Assembly: GCA_016286115.1 (NCBI GenBank)
Contig: JAEESA010000001.1
Coordinates: 1-36,684 of the forward strand
Reading direction: 5' to 3'
DNA from: Lachnospiraceae bacterium
GTDB lineage: Bacteria > Bacillota > Clostridia > Lachnospirales > Lachnospiraceae
Length of the DNA stretch: 36,684 nt
The notes beneath the pieces were generated by a model. It ran no database searches and was not told the origin of the DNA. It saw only the letters and a list, made by a program, of their open reading frames with translations. Below, in pieces: positions 9,695 through 17,195 of the stretch (positions within the stretch are counted from its first letter, which is position 1; every line of letters starts with the position of its first letter). A program made the translations under genes and the position numbers.

Positions 9695-9722
9695 ATCATA
9701 GAGAAATCCGCAAAAAAATCAA
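9695..9722 (-). promoter_or_regulatory. Promoter candidate for the inverted AT3 gene, giving a leaderless mRNA
   Basis: On the minus strand: TTGATT (9722-9717), 16-nt spacer, TATGAT (9700-9695), 7 nt, then ATG (9687). Confidence 0.4.
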
Positions 9723-9746
9723 GGATAAAAAGCAGGGAGAAGAAAA

Positions 9747-10625
9747 GTGGCACGAAAAAAACCGGGAAAAAACAGTCCCATTTTGTTCATCATCATTTGC
9801 GCAGTAGTGCTTCTGGCGCTGGTCGGCCTTGTGACCGTCAACATTCTGTCCTTAAACCGCCTGGGGAAGGCGAATGATTTCCTGACGGCGGAAAATGAGG
9901 AGCTGAAGGAAAAGGCGAAGGAAGTGCAGGCCGAGTATGACGCCTACCGTTACGACCAGGAAACGGATACGTCCTATGACTATCTCGCGGTCGGGAATTC
10001 GATCACCAGGCACCCGGTGTATGAGAACTATTGGTGGGGCGAATGGGGCATGGCGGCTTCCTCCGAGGAAATGGATTATTTCCACCGCGTGAAGGAGAAG
10101 ATCAGCCAGCTTTATACCGAGAATTCCGCGCAGGCGCTGAACTTCACGACATGGGAGAAGCCCTTCTATGACAGAAAGAATGCGCTCCCCTATCTGGAGG
10201 GCTATCTTTCCGAGGATCTGGATCTTGTCACCGTGCAGCTCGGGGAAAATATCACGCGTCCGGAAGAAATGTCGGATGAAGAATACCGGCTTCGTATGGA
10301 AGCGGATTTTAAGGACCTTCTGACCTGTATCAAAGAGAACGCGCCGGATGCGAAGATCATCATCGTCGGGAATTTCTGGGAAGATCGGATCATGGACGAG
10401 GTGAAGCAGTCGCTGGCGCAGGAGTTTGGCGCGGCTTATATCTCGCTTTCGGATGTGAACGGGCCGGAGTACCGGATCGGCGTTGGCGGCCAGGTCCTCG
10501 GCGCGGACGGCGTGACGCATACGATCGAAACCGAGGGTGTTGGCGAGCATCCGAATGATGAAGCCATGCGTTATATCGCGGACCGGATCACGGAAAACAT
10601 ACCCGGAATGGGGTTAGGTGAATGA
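9747..10625 (+). CDS. Membrane-anchored SGNH/GDSL-type hydrolase (esterase or acyl-transfer domain)
   Basis: GTG start. The N-terminus MARKKPGKNSPILFIIICAVVLLALVGLV is a signal-anchor. SGNH blocks are AVGNSITRH (block I Ser), QLGENIT (block III) and GVGEHPNDEAM (block V His). I see no clear Asp at His-3. Confidence 0.7.
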   Translation: MARKKPGKNSPILFIIICAVVLLALVGLVTVNILSLNRLGKANDFLTAENEELKEKAKEVQAEYDAYRYDQETDTSYDYLAVGNSITRHPVYENYWWGEWGMAASSEEMDYFHRVKEKISQLYTENSAQALNFTTWEKPFYDRKNALPYLEGYLSEDLDLVTVQLGENITRPEEMSDEEYRLRMEADFKDLLTCIKENAPDAKIIIVGNFWEDRIMDEVKQSLAQEFGAAYISLSDVNGPEYRIGVGGQVLGADGVTHTIETEGVGEHPNDEAMRYIADRITENIPGMGLGE

Positions 10626-12877
10626 GAAAGATTGAAAGGGCAGCAACTATAATTCTTGCGGCCACGTTTCTCAGCGGCTGTGGCGCGAAGGCTCCCGCGG
10701 GCGTGAAGGATGCTTCCGTTTCGGAACAAAACCGTGCGGGTGCCTTTTCGACAGCAGTAGAGGAGGATGAGGTCCAAAACGCTCATTGGATCTGGGATGA
10801 TTCCAATGAAAACGACAGCTGGATGCGGTTCCGGAAGACCTTTACGCTGTCGGAAACGCCGGAGGAAGCGAACGCGGTGATCGCCGCGGATTCCAAGTAT
10901 TTTCTTTGGGTGAACGGGGAGCCTGTGGTCAGGGAAGGCGGCATCAAGCGCGGCCAGAGCCCCGAAAGCATCTATTACGATACCGTTGATCTAAAAGATT
11001 ATCTGAAAGAAGGCGAGAACACCATTGCGGCGCTCGCCTGGTATTTCGGCTCCGGTTTTTCCTCGGGCTATATCACGAGTGGAGAACCGGCGTTTTTCAT
11101 GTCTTTGTCCTGCGGGGACGCAGATCTTTCCACCGACAAAAGCTGGCTCGTCAGCAGAGACCCTTCGTTCCTTCACGATAATCAGGCGAATTACCGCCTG
11201 CCCGAGCAGGATGTTTCCATCAATGCGGCGATGATCGAGGACTGGCAGAACCCGTCTTATGATGACGGAGGATGGGAGCCGGCCGTGGAAAAGGGAATGG
11301 AGGGAGACCTTCCCTGGGGAACCTTTGTGGAACGCCCGATCCCGATGTTTTCTTTTGGCGAGCAGGCGCATTACCTCAACGCGGGGGATTTCGAAGGGAC
11401 AACGAAAACGGGAGATGAGCTGTGGGCGCTGGACCTTCCCTATAACATGCAGTTCCTTCCGTCTTTTCGGGTGGAGGACGAAGAGGGGCATCAGGTGATC
11501 CGGGTATGGACCGATATGTATGAGGACCATAACGGGAACTCCGTTATGCTGAAGTATCTGACGAAAAAGGGCGAACAGTCCTTTGAAAGCCCGGCCTGGC
11601 TTTCGGGGGAGCATGTCTATTTTGAGATCCCGCCGGGAGTCCGGGTGGTTTCTTTAACGTACCGGGAAACGGGCTATGGAGCCGAACCCGCCGGCAGCTT
11701 TCATTGCGATGACGCCTATTTTGACGAGCTATGGAAAAAGGCGCAGAGAACGCTTTACGTGAACCTTCGGGATACCTATATGGACTGCCCGAACCGGGAA
11801 CGGGCGCAGTGGTTTGCGGACTGCGCGTTGGAATTCAAGCTCTCTGCCTGCGCGATGGAGCCGGAGGCGATGCAGCTCTATCGAAGCGCTGTGGAGACGA
11901 CCGTAAAGTCGCCCCGCGGAAAGGAACTTCTGAACCAGCTCCCGACGAATGCGATGGCGGATGAGATCACGATGCCCGTTCAGATTTTGATGGGCTTTTC
12001 GGAGCTCTATGAATACTATCTTTTCACAGGCGATGAGGAGTTTCTGGAAGAAGTGTACGAGCCGGTCCGGGATTACCTTCTGGGCTTTAAGGTCGGGAAT
12101 AAGGGCGTCGTAAAGTACAGATACGGCCAAGCCTGGGAATGGGCGGACTCCACGGAATGGACGGATTACGCGCTGATGCAGAGCGCGTGGTATGCGTACG
12201 ATATGCTCGAAATGGCAAAGATCGCGCGCCTAGTTTCAAAGGAAGAAGAAGCCCTCTTCACGAAGCGCTTCGAAACGATCCGTGACGGGATGAGGATGAA
12301 TTACCGTCACGGGGACGGCCTCTTTTATTCGGGCAGCGTGCCAAAGCCCGACGAACGTGTGCAAGCGCTCTTCATCCTGTCGGGGATCATGGAGGAAGAG
12401 GACTATGGCGCAGCCGCCGCCCTTTTCCAAGAGGAACGGCAATGCGCGCCGCTGCTCGAGTATTACGTTGAAAAAGCATGCTATGCGATCGGGCAGGAGA
12501 GTATCGCGATGCAGCGCGAGAAGGAGTTATATTACGAAATGAACGCCGGCGAGTACGCGATGAGCACGCTCTGGGAGCACTGGGCCTATCAGGAGGGAAC
12601 TTCGAACCACGCCTGGGCCGGCGGCCCGCTCCCGCTCCTTTCCATCGAAACTGCCGGAATCCACCCCGAAACCCCCGGCTTCGAAACCTTCACCGTAGAA
12701 CCGAAACTCGGCACCCTCCAAGAGCTCATCTGCACCATGCCGACGATCCGCGGAGACATCACCGTAGAAGTAAAAAGAGCCGGAGCCGCCTACGACATCA
12801 CGATCATCTGCCCCACCGGCACGCAGCCACAGGTAACCGCCCCCGAAGGCACTCGCTTCGTCACAAATAATACGTGA
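10622..12877 (+). CDS. Lipoprotein, alpha-L-rhamnosidase-like (GH78-type) six-hairpin glycosidase
   Basis: The ATG overlaps the upstream stop (ATGA). Lipobox FLSGC. AHWIWDD..WMRFRKTFTL is a rhamnosidase N-domain start. YMDCPNRERAQWFADC resembles the GH78 DCPxRER..W..D block. A C-terminal beta-sandwich region reads PGFETFTVEPKLG. Confidence 0.7.
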   Translation: MRKIERAATIILAATFLSGCGAKAPAGVKDASVSEQNRAGAFSTAVEEDEVQNAHWIWDDSNENDSWMRFRKTFTLSETPEEANAVIAADSKYFLWVNGEPVVREGGIKRGQSPESIYYDTVDLKDYLKEGENTIAALAWYFGSGFSSGYITSGEPAFFMSLSCGDADLSTDKSWLVSRDPSFLHDNQANYRLPEQDVSINAAMIEDWQNPSYDDGGWEPAVEKGMEGDLPWGTFVERPIPMFSFGEQAHYLNAGDFEGTTKTGDELWALDLPYNMQFLPSFRVEDEEGHQVIRVWTDMYEDHNGNSVMLKYLTKKGEQSFESPAWLSGEHVYFEIPPGVRVVSLTYRETGYGAEPAGSFHCDDAYFDELWKKAQRTLYVNLRDTYMDCPNRERAQWFADCALEFKLSACAMEPEAMQLYRSAVETTVKSPRGKELLNQLPTNAMADEITMPVQILMGFSELYEYYLFTGDEEFLEEVYEPVRDYLLGFKVGNKGVVKYRYGQAWEWADSTEWTDYALMQSAWYAYDMLEMAKIARLVSKEEEALFTKRFETIRDGMRMNYRHGDGLFYSGSVPKPDERVQALFILSGIMEEEDYGAAAALFQEERQCAPLLEYYVEKACYAIGQESIAMQREKELYYEMNAGEYAMSTLWEHWAYQEGTSNHAWAGGPLPLLSIETAGIHPETPGFETFTVEPKLGTLQELICTMPTIRGDITVEVKRAGAAYDITIICPTGTQPQVTAPEGTRFVTNNT

Positions 12878-12931
12878 TTAGCCAAAACCCAGGCTCCTGT
12901 TTGTGATTTGCCAAACCCAGGCTCCGGCTTG
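12875..12931 (+). repeat. Imperfect tandem direct repeat, 29 + 28 bp, starting at the stop codon of the GH78-like gene
   Basis: Copy 1 is TGATTAGCCAAAACCCAGGCTCCTGTTTG (12875-12903). Copy 2 is TGATTTGCCAAACCCAGGCTCCGGCTTG (12904-12931). A third TGA follows at 12932. Confidence 0.7.
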
Positions 12932-12969
12932 TGAGACCATCATCGAAAGAGCAGATACACAAAAGACGC

Positions 12970-12998
12970 TTGAACCCGTGAGAAGAGAGTGCTATAAT
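12970..12998 (+). promoter_or_regulatory. Strong promoter candidate upstream of the small ORF and valS
   Basis: TTGAAC (12970-12975), 17-nt spacer, TATAAT (12993-12998), with a TG at 12990-12991 forming an extended -10. Confidence 0.6.
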
Positions 12999-13029
12999 AA
13001 TTCTTAATTATGGAAAGGAGATACCCCAC

Positions 13030-13182
13030 ATGACACCGGAAGGTTTTTTATTTGCATTTCTCGGAATAGTCCTTATCGTCATCATCGCAGCGGTCGCGGC
13101 CGTTGTCGTTATAGTTTCTGGCGCAACAGCGGGTATCGTCGAGGAGGAAGACGGTGAGGCAGAGGAAGATGGCGGTCTATAA
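13030..13182 (+). CDS. 50-aa small protein: one TM helix plus an acidic tail
   Basis: Below the ORF-track cutoff. SD GGAAAGGAG lies 7-8 nt upstream of the ATG. Translation: MTPEGFLFAFLGIVLIVIIAAVAAVVVIVSGATAGIVEEEDGEAEEDGGL. Whether it is translated is untested. Confidence 0.4.
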   Translation: MTPEGFLFAFLGIVLIVIIAAVAAVVVIVSGATAGIVEEEDGEAEEDGGL

Positions 13183-13198
13183 ATTCTGCGTATAACAC

Positions 13199-13232
13199 AC
13201 GACCCTCGGACGATATTCGTCACGAGGGTCGT
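13199..13232 (+). promoter_or_regulatory. Strong stem-loop between the small ORF and the valS SD
   Basis: ACGACCCTCG (13199-13208) pairs with CGAGGGTCGT (13223-13232). The stem extends with GACGA (13209-13213) pairing TCGTC (13217-13221), with one bulged A. There is no U-tract after it (TCTATGTAAAGGAG). Confidence 0.5.
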
Positions 13233-13252
13233 TCTATGTAAAGGAGAAAATC

Positions 13253-15904
13253 ATGGCAAAAGAACTTGCAAAAACATATGATCCCCGCGGACTGGAGGAT
13301 CGGATCTATAAAAACTGGGAGGAAAAGGGCTATTTCCACGCGGACGAGCATTCGGACAAAAAGCCCTTCACGATCGTGATGCCGCCTCCGAACATCACGG
13401 GGCAGCTTCATATGGGGCATGCCCTCGATAATACGATGCAGGACATCCTGATCCGGTATAAGAGGATGCAGGGGTATGAGGCGCTGTGGCAGCCGGGAAC
13501 GGATCACGCCGCGATCGCCACGGAGGTCCGTGTTATTCAGGACCTGAAGGAAAAGGGGATCGATAAGGCGGAGCTCGGAAGAGAGGGCTTTCTTGAGAAA
13601 TGCTGGGACTGGAAGGCAGAATACGGCAGCCGCATCATCAACCAGCTCAAAAAGATGGGGTCTTCCGCGGACTGGAGCCGGGAACGCTTCACGATGGACA
13701 AGGGCTGCTCTGATGCCGTTTTGGATGTGTTCGTGCGTTTGCATGAAAAAGGCATGATCTACAAGGGCAGCAGGATCGTCAACTGGTGTCCGGTGTGCAA
13801 GACCTCGATCTCGGACGCGGAAGTGGAGCATGTGGACCAGGACGGGTTCTTCTGGCACATCAATTACCCCGTGGTCGGCGAGGAAGGGCGGTTTGTGGAG
13901 ATTGCCACGACCCGGCCGGAGACGATGTTCGGAGATACGGCCGTCGCGGTGAACCCGGAGGACGACCGGTATAAGGACATTATCGGGAAGATGTTGATCC
14001 TGCCGACAACGGACCGGCAGATCCCGGTGATCGCGGATCCTTATGTGGATCCGGAATTCGGGACCGGGTGCGTGAAGATCACGCCGGCGCATGACCCGAA
14101 CGACTTTGAAGTAGGAAAGCGCCATGACCTGGAGGAGATCGTGGTGATCAACGACGACGCCACGATGAACGAGGGCGCCGGAAAATATGTTGGTATGGAC
14201 CGTTATGAGTGCCGGAAGGCGCTGGTGAAGGATCTGGATGAGATGGGGCTTCTCGTGAAGGTCGTGCCGCATTCTCATAACGTGGGAACGCATGACCGGT
14301 GCGGAACCACCGTGGAGCCGATGATCAAGGCGCAGTGGTTCGTGAAGATGGACGAGCTCATCAAGCCGGCGGCGGACGGCGTGAGGAACGGGGAAGTGAA
14401 GCTCCTGCCGAAGCGCATGGAAAAGCTGTTCTTTAACTGGACAGATAATATCCGCGACTGGTGTATTTCAAGACAGTTATGGTGGGGACACAGGATCCCG
14501 GCCTATACCTGCGAAAAGTGTGGCGAGATCACGGTGTCAAAGACAGCGCCGGAAAAATGCCCGAAATGCGGACATACGCATCTGACGCAGGATCCCGATA
14601 CGCTGGATACCTGGTTTTCGTCGGCGTTATGGCCGTTCTCGACACTGGGCTGGCCCGAGGAAACGGACGCGCTGAAAAAATTCTATCCGAACGACGTGCT
14701 GGTGACCGGTTACGATATCATTTTCTTCTGGGTGATCCGGATGCTGTTTTCAGGGTATGAGCACATGGGGAAAGCGCCGTTCCATACGGTGTTGTTCCAC
14801 GGACTGGTGCGCGATTCGCAGGGGCGGAAGATGAGTAAGTCCCTCGGAAACGGGATCGATCCTTTGGAAGTGATCGAAAAGTACGGCGCGGACGCGCTGC
14901 GGCTGACGCTGATCACCGGAAACGCTCCCGGGAATGACATGCGTTTCTACTGGGAACGCGTGGAAGCGTCGAGAAACTTCGCAAATAAGGTCTGGAACGC
15001 CTCCCGCTTCATCCTCATGAACCTGGAGGGCTTTACGGTAACGGAACCGAAGGAAGAGGAGCTCAGCCCCGCGGACCGCTGGATCCTGACGCTCGTGAAC
15101 CGGCTGACGAAGGAAGTGACCGAGAACATGGATAAGTTTGAACTCGGGATCGCCGTGCAGAAGGTGTATGATTTTATCTGGGAAGAGTTCTGCGACTGGT
15201 ACATTGAGATCGCCAAGGACCACACGTCGCCGGATGGCAAGAAGAATGATGAGAGAAAGGCGAACGCGGCGCTGTGGACGCTGAAAAACGTGCTGAGCCA
15301 GGCGTTAAAGCTTTTGCATCCGTTTATGCCGTTCTTGACCGAAGAGATCTATACGACGCTGAATCCGGAGGAGGAATCGATCATGATCTCCGCCTGGCCG
15401 GAATATGACGAGAAAAAAGAGTATGCACGTGAAGTGGCCGTCCTCGACCACGGCAAGGATCTGGTGCGCGCGGTGCGGACGGTGCGTAACGAACGCGATG
15501 TTCCGCCGAAGAAGAAAACGAGGCTCTTCATCGTGGCGGAAACAGAGGAAACCCGCGAGGACTTTAGTCTGGCAAGGGATTTTGTCCAGCGCCTTGCCAG
15601 CGCAACGGAGATCCTCGTGCAGGCGGACCGGGAGGGAATCCCGGAGTCGGCGCTTTCGCTCGTGATCCCGGGCGCGACGGTGTTTTTGCCGTTAGACGAG
15701 CTCGTGGACAAAGAAGAGGAAAAGAAGCGGCTCCTGAAAGAAAAGGAGAGGCTTGAAAAAGAGATCCAGCGTGCCGGCGGAATGCTGAAAAACGAGAAGT
15801 TCCTTGCCAAGGCGCCGGCGGAAAAGGTGGAAGAGGAACGGCAGAAGCTGAAGAAATACGAGGATATGCTCGCAAAGGTGGAAGAAGAGTTAAAAGCATA
15901 TTAA
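13253..15904 (+). CDS. valS: Valine--tRNA ligase
   Basis: 883 aa. It has the class I HIGH-type motif PPPNITGQLHMGHAL, KMSKS (KMSKSLGN), an editing-domain insertion and a C-terminal coiled-coil. The N-terminus AKTYDPRGLEDRIYKNWEEKGYF is typical of ValRS. Confidence 0.97.
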   Translation: MAKELAKTYDPRGLEDRIYKNWEEKGYFHADEHSDKKPFTIVMPPPNITGQLHMGHALDNTMQDILIRYKRMQGYEALWQPGTDHAAIATEVRVIQDLKEKGIDKAELGREGFLEKCWDWKAEYGSRIINQLKKMGSSADWSRERFTMDKGCSDAVLDVFVRLHEKGMIYKGSRIVNWCPVCKTSISDAEVEHVDQDGFFWHINYPVVGEEGRFVEIATTRPETMFGDTAVAVNPEDDRYKDIIGKMLILPTTDRQIPVIADPYVDPEFGTGCVKITPAHDPNDFEVGKRHDLEEIVVINDDATMNEGAGKYVGMDRYECRKALVKDLDEMGLLVKVVPHSHNVGTHDRCGTTVEPMIKAQWFVKMDELIKPAADGVRNGEVKLLPKRMEKLFFNWTDNIRDWCISRQLWWGHRIPAYTCEKCGEITVSKTAPEKCPKCGHTHLTQDPDTLDTWFSSALWPFSTLGWPEETDALKKFYPNDVLVTGYDIIFFWVIRMLFSGYEHMGKAPFHTVLFHGLVRDSQGRKMSKSLGNGIDPLEVIEKYGADALRLTLITGNAPGNDMRFYWERVEASRNFANKVWNASRFILMNLEGFTVTEPKEEELSPADRWILTLVNRLTKEVTENMDKFELGIAVQKVYDFIWEEFCDWYIEIAKDHTSPDGKKNDERKANAALWTLKNVLSQALKLLHPFMPFLTEEIYTTLNPEEESIMISAWPEYDEKKEYAREVAVLDHGKDLVRAVRTVRNERDVPPKKKTRLFIVAETEETREDFSLARDFVQRLASATEILVQADREGIPESALSLVIPGATVFLPLDELVDKEEEKKRLLKEKERLEKEIQRAGGMLKNEKFLAKAPAEKVEEERQKLKKYEDMLAKVEEELKAY

Positions 15905-15961
15905 ATATTTTGTTTATTGTTCGGTTTATGTGGAGCTTGCGGGGTGAAAGACATGCTTCCC

Positions 15962-15990
15962 TTGCAATATTTCGCATAAACCGATATAAT
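15962..15990 (+). promoter_or_regulatory. Promoter candidate for the tRNA gene
   Basis: TTGCAA (15962-15967), 17-nt spacer, TATAAT (15985-15990), 22 nt upstream of the tRNA 5' end. Confidence 0.5.
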
Positions 15991-16012
15991 AAAACCGTTG
16001 TGTAAACAACAT

Positions 16013-16086
16013 GGACCCTTAGCTCAGTTGGTCAGAGCAGTCGGCTCATAACCGATCGGTCCCGGGTTCGAGTCCCTGAGGGTCCA
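16013..16086 (+). tRNA. tRNA with anticodon CAT, most likely tRNA-Ile2 (lysidine-dependent) rather than elongator or initiator tRNA-Met
   Basis: Hand-folded cloverleaf: acceptor GGACCCT/AGGGTCC, D-stem GCTC/GAGC, anticodon stem GTCGG/CCGAT, loop CTCATAA (CAT at 16047-16049), T-loop TTCGAGT. CCA is not encoded. The 5' half GGACCCTTAGCTCAGTTGGTCAGAGCAG resembles ileX-type tRNAs as I remember them. Confidence 0.9.
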
Positions 16087-16137
16087 TTGTGCGGTATGCC
16101 GGATCGCTGTTTTTGGAAACGCTGATCAAGCGTTTTC

Positions 16138-16211
16138 GCGCAAAGTTCGCAGCGCGTAAGCGCTTTCCGTTGCGAATTTCTGCGCATCCGGCGCATGCGG
16201 CCGCGCAGAAA
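16138..16211 (+). other. GC-rich structured intergenic element with two mutually exclusive hairpins
   Basis: 16138-16151 pairs with 16171-16185 (14 bp, one bulge). This encloses GCGC-GTAA-GCGC (16152-16163). Alternatively 16177-16185 (TTTCTGCGC) pairs with 16203-16211 (GCGCAGAAA). Confidence 0.4.
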
Positions 16212-16335
16212 ATGTTTTGGTCAGTGTTACATTAAAAAACCTGATGAATCTTGCTCCGGGGAAACATAAGCTTGCCGGGGTATTTTTTCATTAGCGGTTC
16301 TGTCCTTTGGGACAGAAGCAAAGGAGGAGTAGTTA

Positions 16336-17193
16336 GTGGGTAAGATCAGGATCATCGGGGACAGTACATGCGATATGCCCCCGGAGATGAGGAAAGAACT
16401 GGATGTTGGTTTTATGCCCCTACCTGTGAATCTGGGGGATGAACCGAAAAAAGACATGGAGGATGTGTTCCCGCAGGATCTTTATGACTACACGGAGCGG
16501 ACCGGGAAGCTTTGTACCACCAGCGCCCCGAACTCTCTGGATTATGTGGAATTCTGGGGGAATATCCGAAAGGAAGATCCGGACTGTGATATCCTGCATT
16601 TCCATATCAGCTCGGAAATGACGAGCACGGACGCGGTCGCGGAGATCGCGGCGCAGGAGTTTGAGCGCGTCTGGTCCATCGATACCTACAGCGTATCCGT
16701 CGGAGTAGCGCTTCTCATCTATCACGCCTGCAAAATGCGTGACGCCGGGATGTCGGCGCAGGAGATCTTCGACGCGATCGAAAAAATGAAATCAAGAGTC
16801 CGCGTGGGTTTTGTTGTCGCCACGATGGATTATCTCGTTAAGGGCGGCAGATGCACAAAGTTTGTCGGCGCGGGAGCGAACCTTCTTCACCTGCGGCCGT
16901 CGATCGACCTTATTAACGGGCAGCTCGTGGCCGGAAAGCGGTACCGCGGAAACCGGCAGCATGCCAGCACGCAGCTCGCACAGGATATCATGAGCGGCGA
17001 TGTTGTGGATCCCGAAATTGTCTTTGTTGCCAATACGCTCGGCGATGAAGAAGCAAATCAGTGGATGACGGAAGAGATCCAAAGGATCCATCCGGAGATC
17101 AAAAAAGTGGTCTGCTCGATGCCGGGCTGCTCCGTTTCCGTTCACTGCGGCCCCGGTACCATCGGAATTGCCTATCTTCGAAAGGAAGCCTGA
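16336..17193 (+). CDS. DegV family fatty-acid-binding protein
   Basis: GTG start 8 nt after AGGAGG (16322-16327). The N-terminus KIRIIGDSTCDMPPE matches the DegV (I)V(T)DS..D(L)P motif, and size and overall pattern fit DegV/EDD-fold proteins. Confidence 0.85.
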   Translation: MGKIRIIGDSTCDMPPEMRKELDVGFMPLPVNLGDEPKKDMEDVFPQDLYDYTERTGKLCTTSAPNSLDYVEFWGNIRKEDPDCDILHFHISSEMTSTDAVAEIAAQEFERVWSIDTYSVSVGVALLIYHACKMRDAGMSAQEIFDAIEKMKSRVRVGFVVATMDYLVKGGRCTKFVGAGANLLHLRPSIDLINGQLVAGKRYRGNRQHASTQLAQDIMSGDVVDPEIVFVANTLGDEEANQWMTEEIQRIHPEIKKVVCSMPGCSVSVHCGPGTIGIAYLRKEA

Positions 17194-17195
17194 TC

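Noticed and set aside
12878-13252. An expected T-box riboswitch in front of valS.
   Set aside because: I searched by eye for the conserved T-box sequence (GGTGGTACCGCG-like) and the usual stem I features and found none. A covariance-model scan would be decisive.
13220-14293. Long antisense ORFs inside real genes. Examples: 357 aa opposite valS, 532 aa at 33092-34690 opposite the GGDEF gene, 385 aa at 3489-4646 opposite clpB, 319 aa at 5255-6214, 329 aa at 31143-32132, and 269 aa at 20172-20981.
   Set aside because: Each lies fully inside a gene with strong family signatures on the other strand. Their translations are Arg/His/Leu/Pro-rich with no motifs and no SD. Such open antisense frames are expected from GC-rich third-position codon bias. 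I treat them as shadow ORFs.
15921-15983. A 9-bp inverted repeat, CGGTTTATG / CATAAACCG, extendable with G:U pairs, spanning the valS 3' flank and the -35 region of the tRNA promoter.
   Set aside because: The loop is about 45 nt, the stem is AT-rich and no U-tract follows. It is not convincing as the valS terminator. I only note that valS lacks an obvious terminator.
16152-16163. The heptamer GCGTAAG recurs in three intergenic regions (16154, reverse complement at 22714, and 35514), which might suggest a shared motif.
   Set aside because: I selected it post hoc. The same heptamer also occurs inside coding sequence (for example the reverse complement near 8310). I cannot compute its significance here, so I kept only the structural parallel as a low-weight note.
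16155-16168. A cre-like (CcpA) site, CGTAAGCGCTTTCC, upstream of degV.
   Set aside because: It mismatches both outer consensus positions (T1 and the last W). It also coincides with the GTAA-capped mini-hairpin of the structured element. A chance resemblance is more likely.
17061-17195. N-terminal 45 codons of ORF 17061-18317, which would overlap the end of degV. The same applies to 7621-7671 (GT2), 5249-5269, 1638-1685, 21593-21610 and 35620-35679.
   Set aside because: These upstream extensions lack SD sites and overlap the preceding gene or promoter elements. In each case an internal start with a well-spaced SD or promoter fits better.
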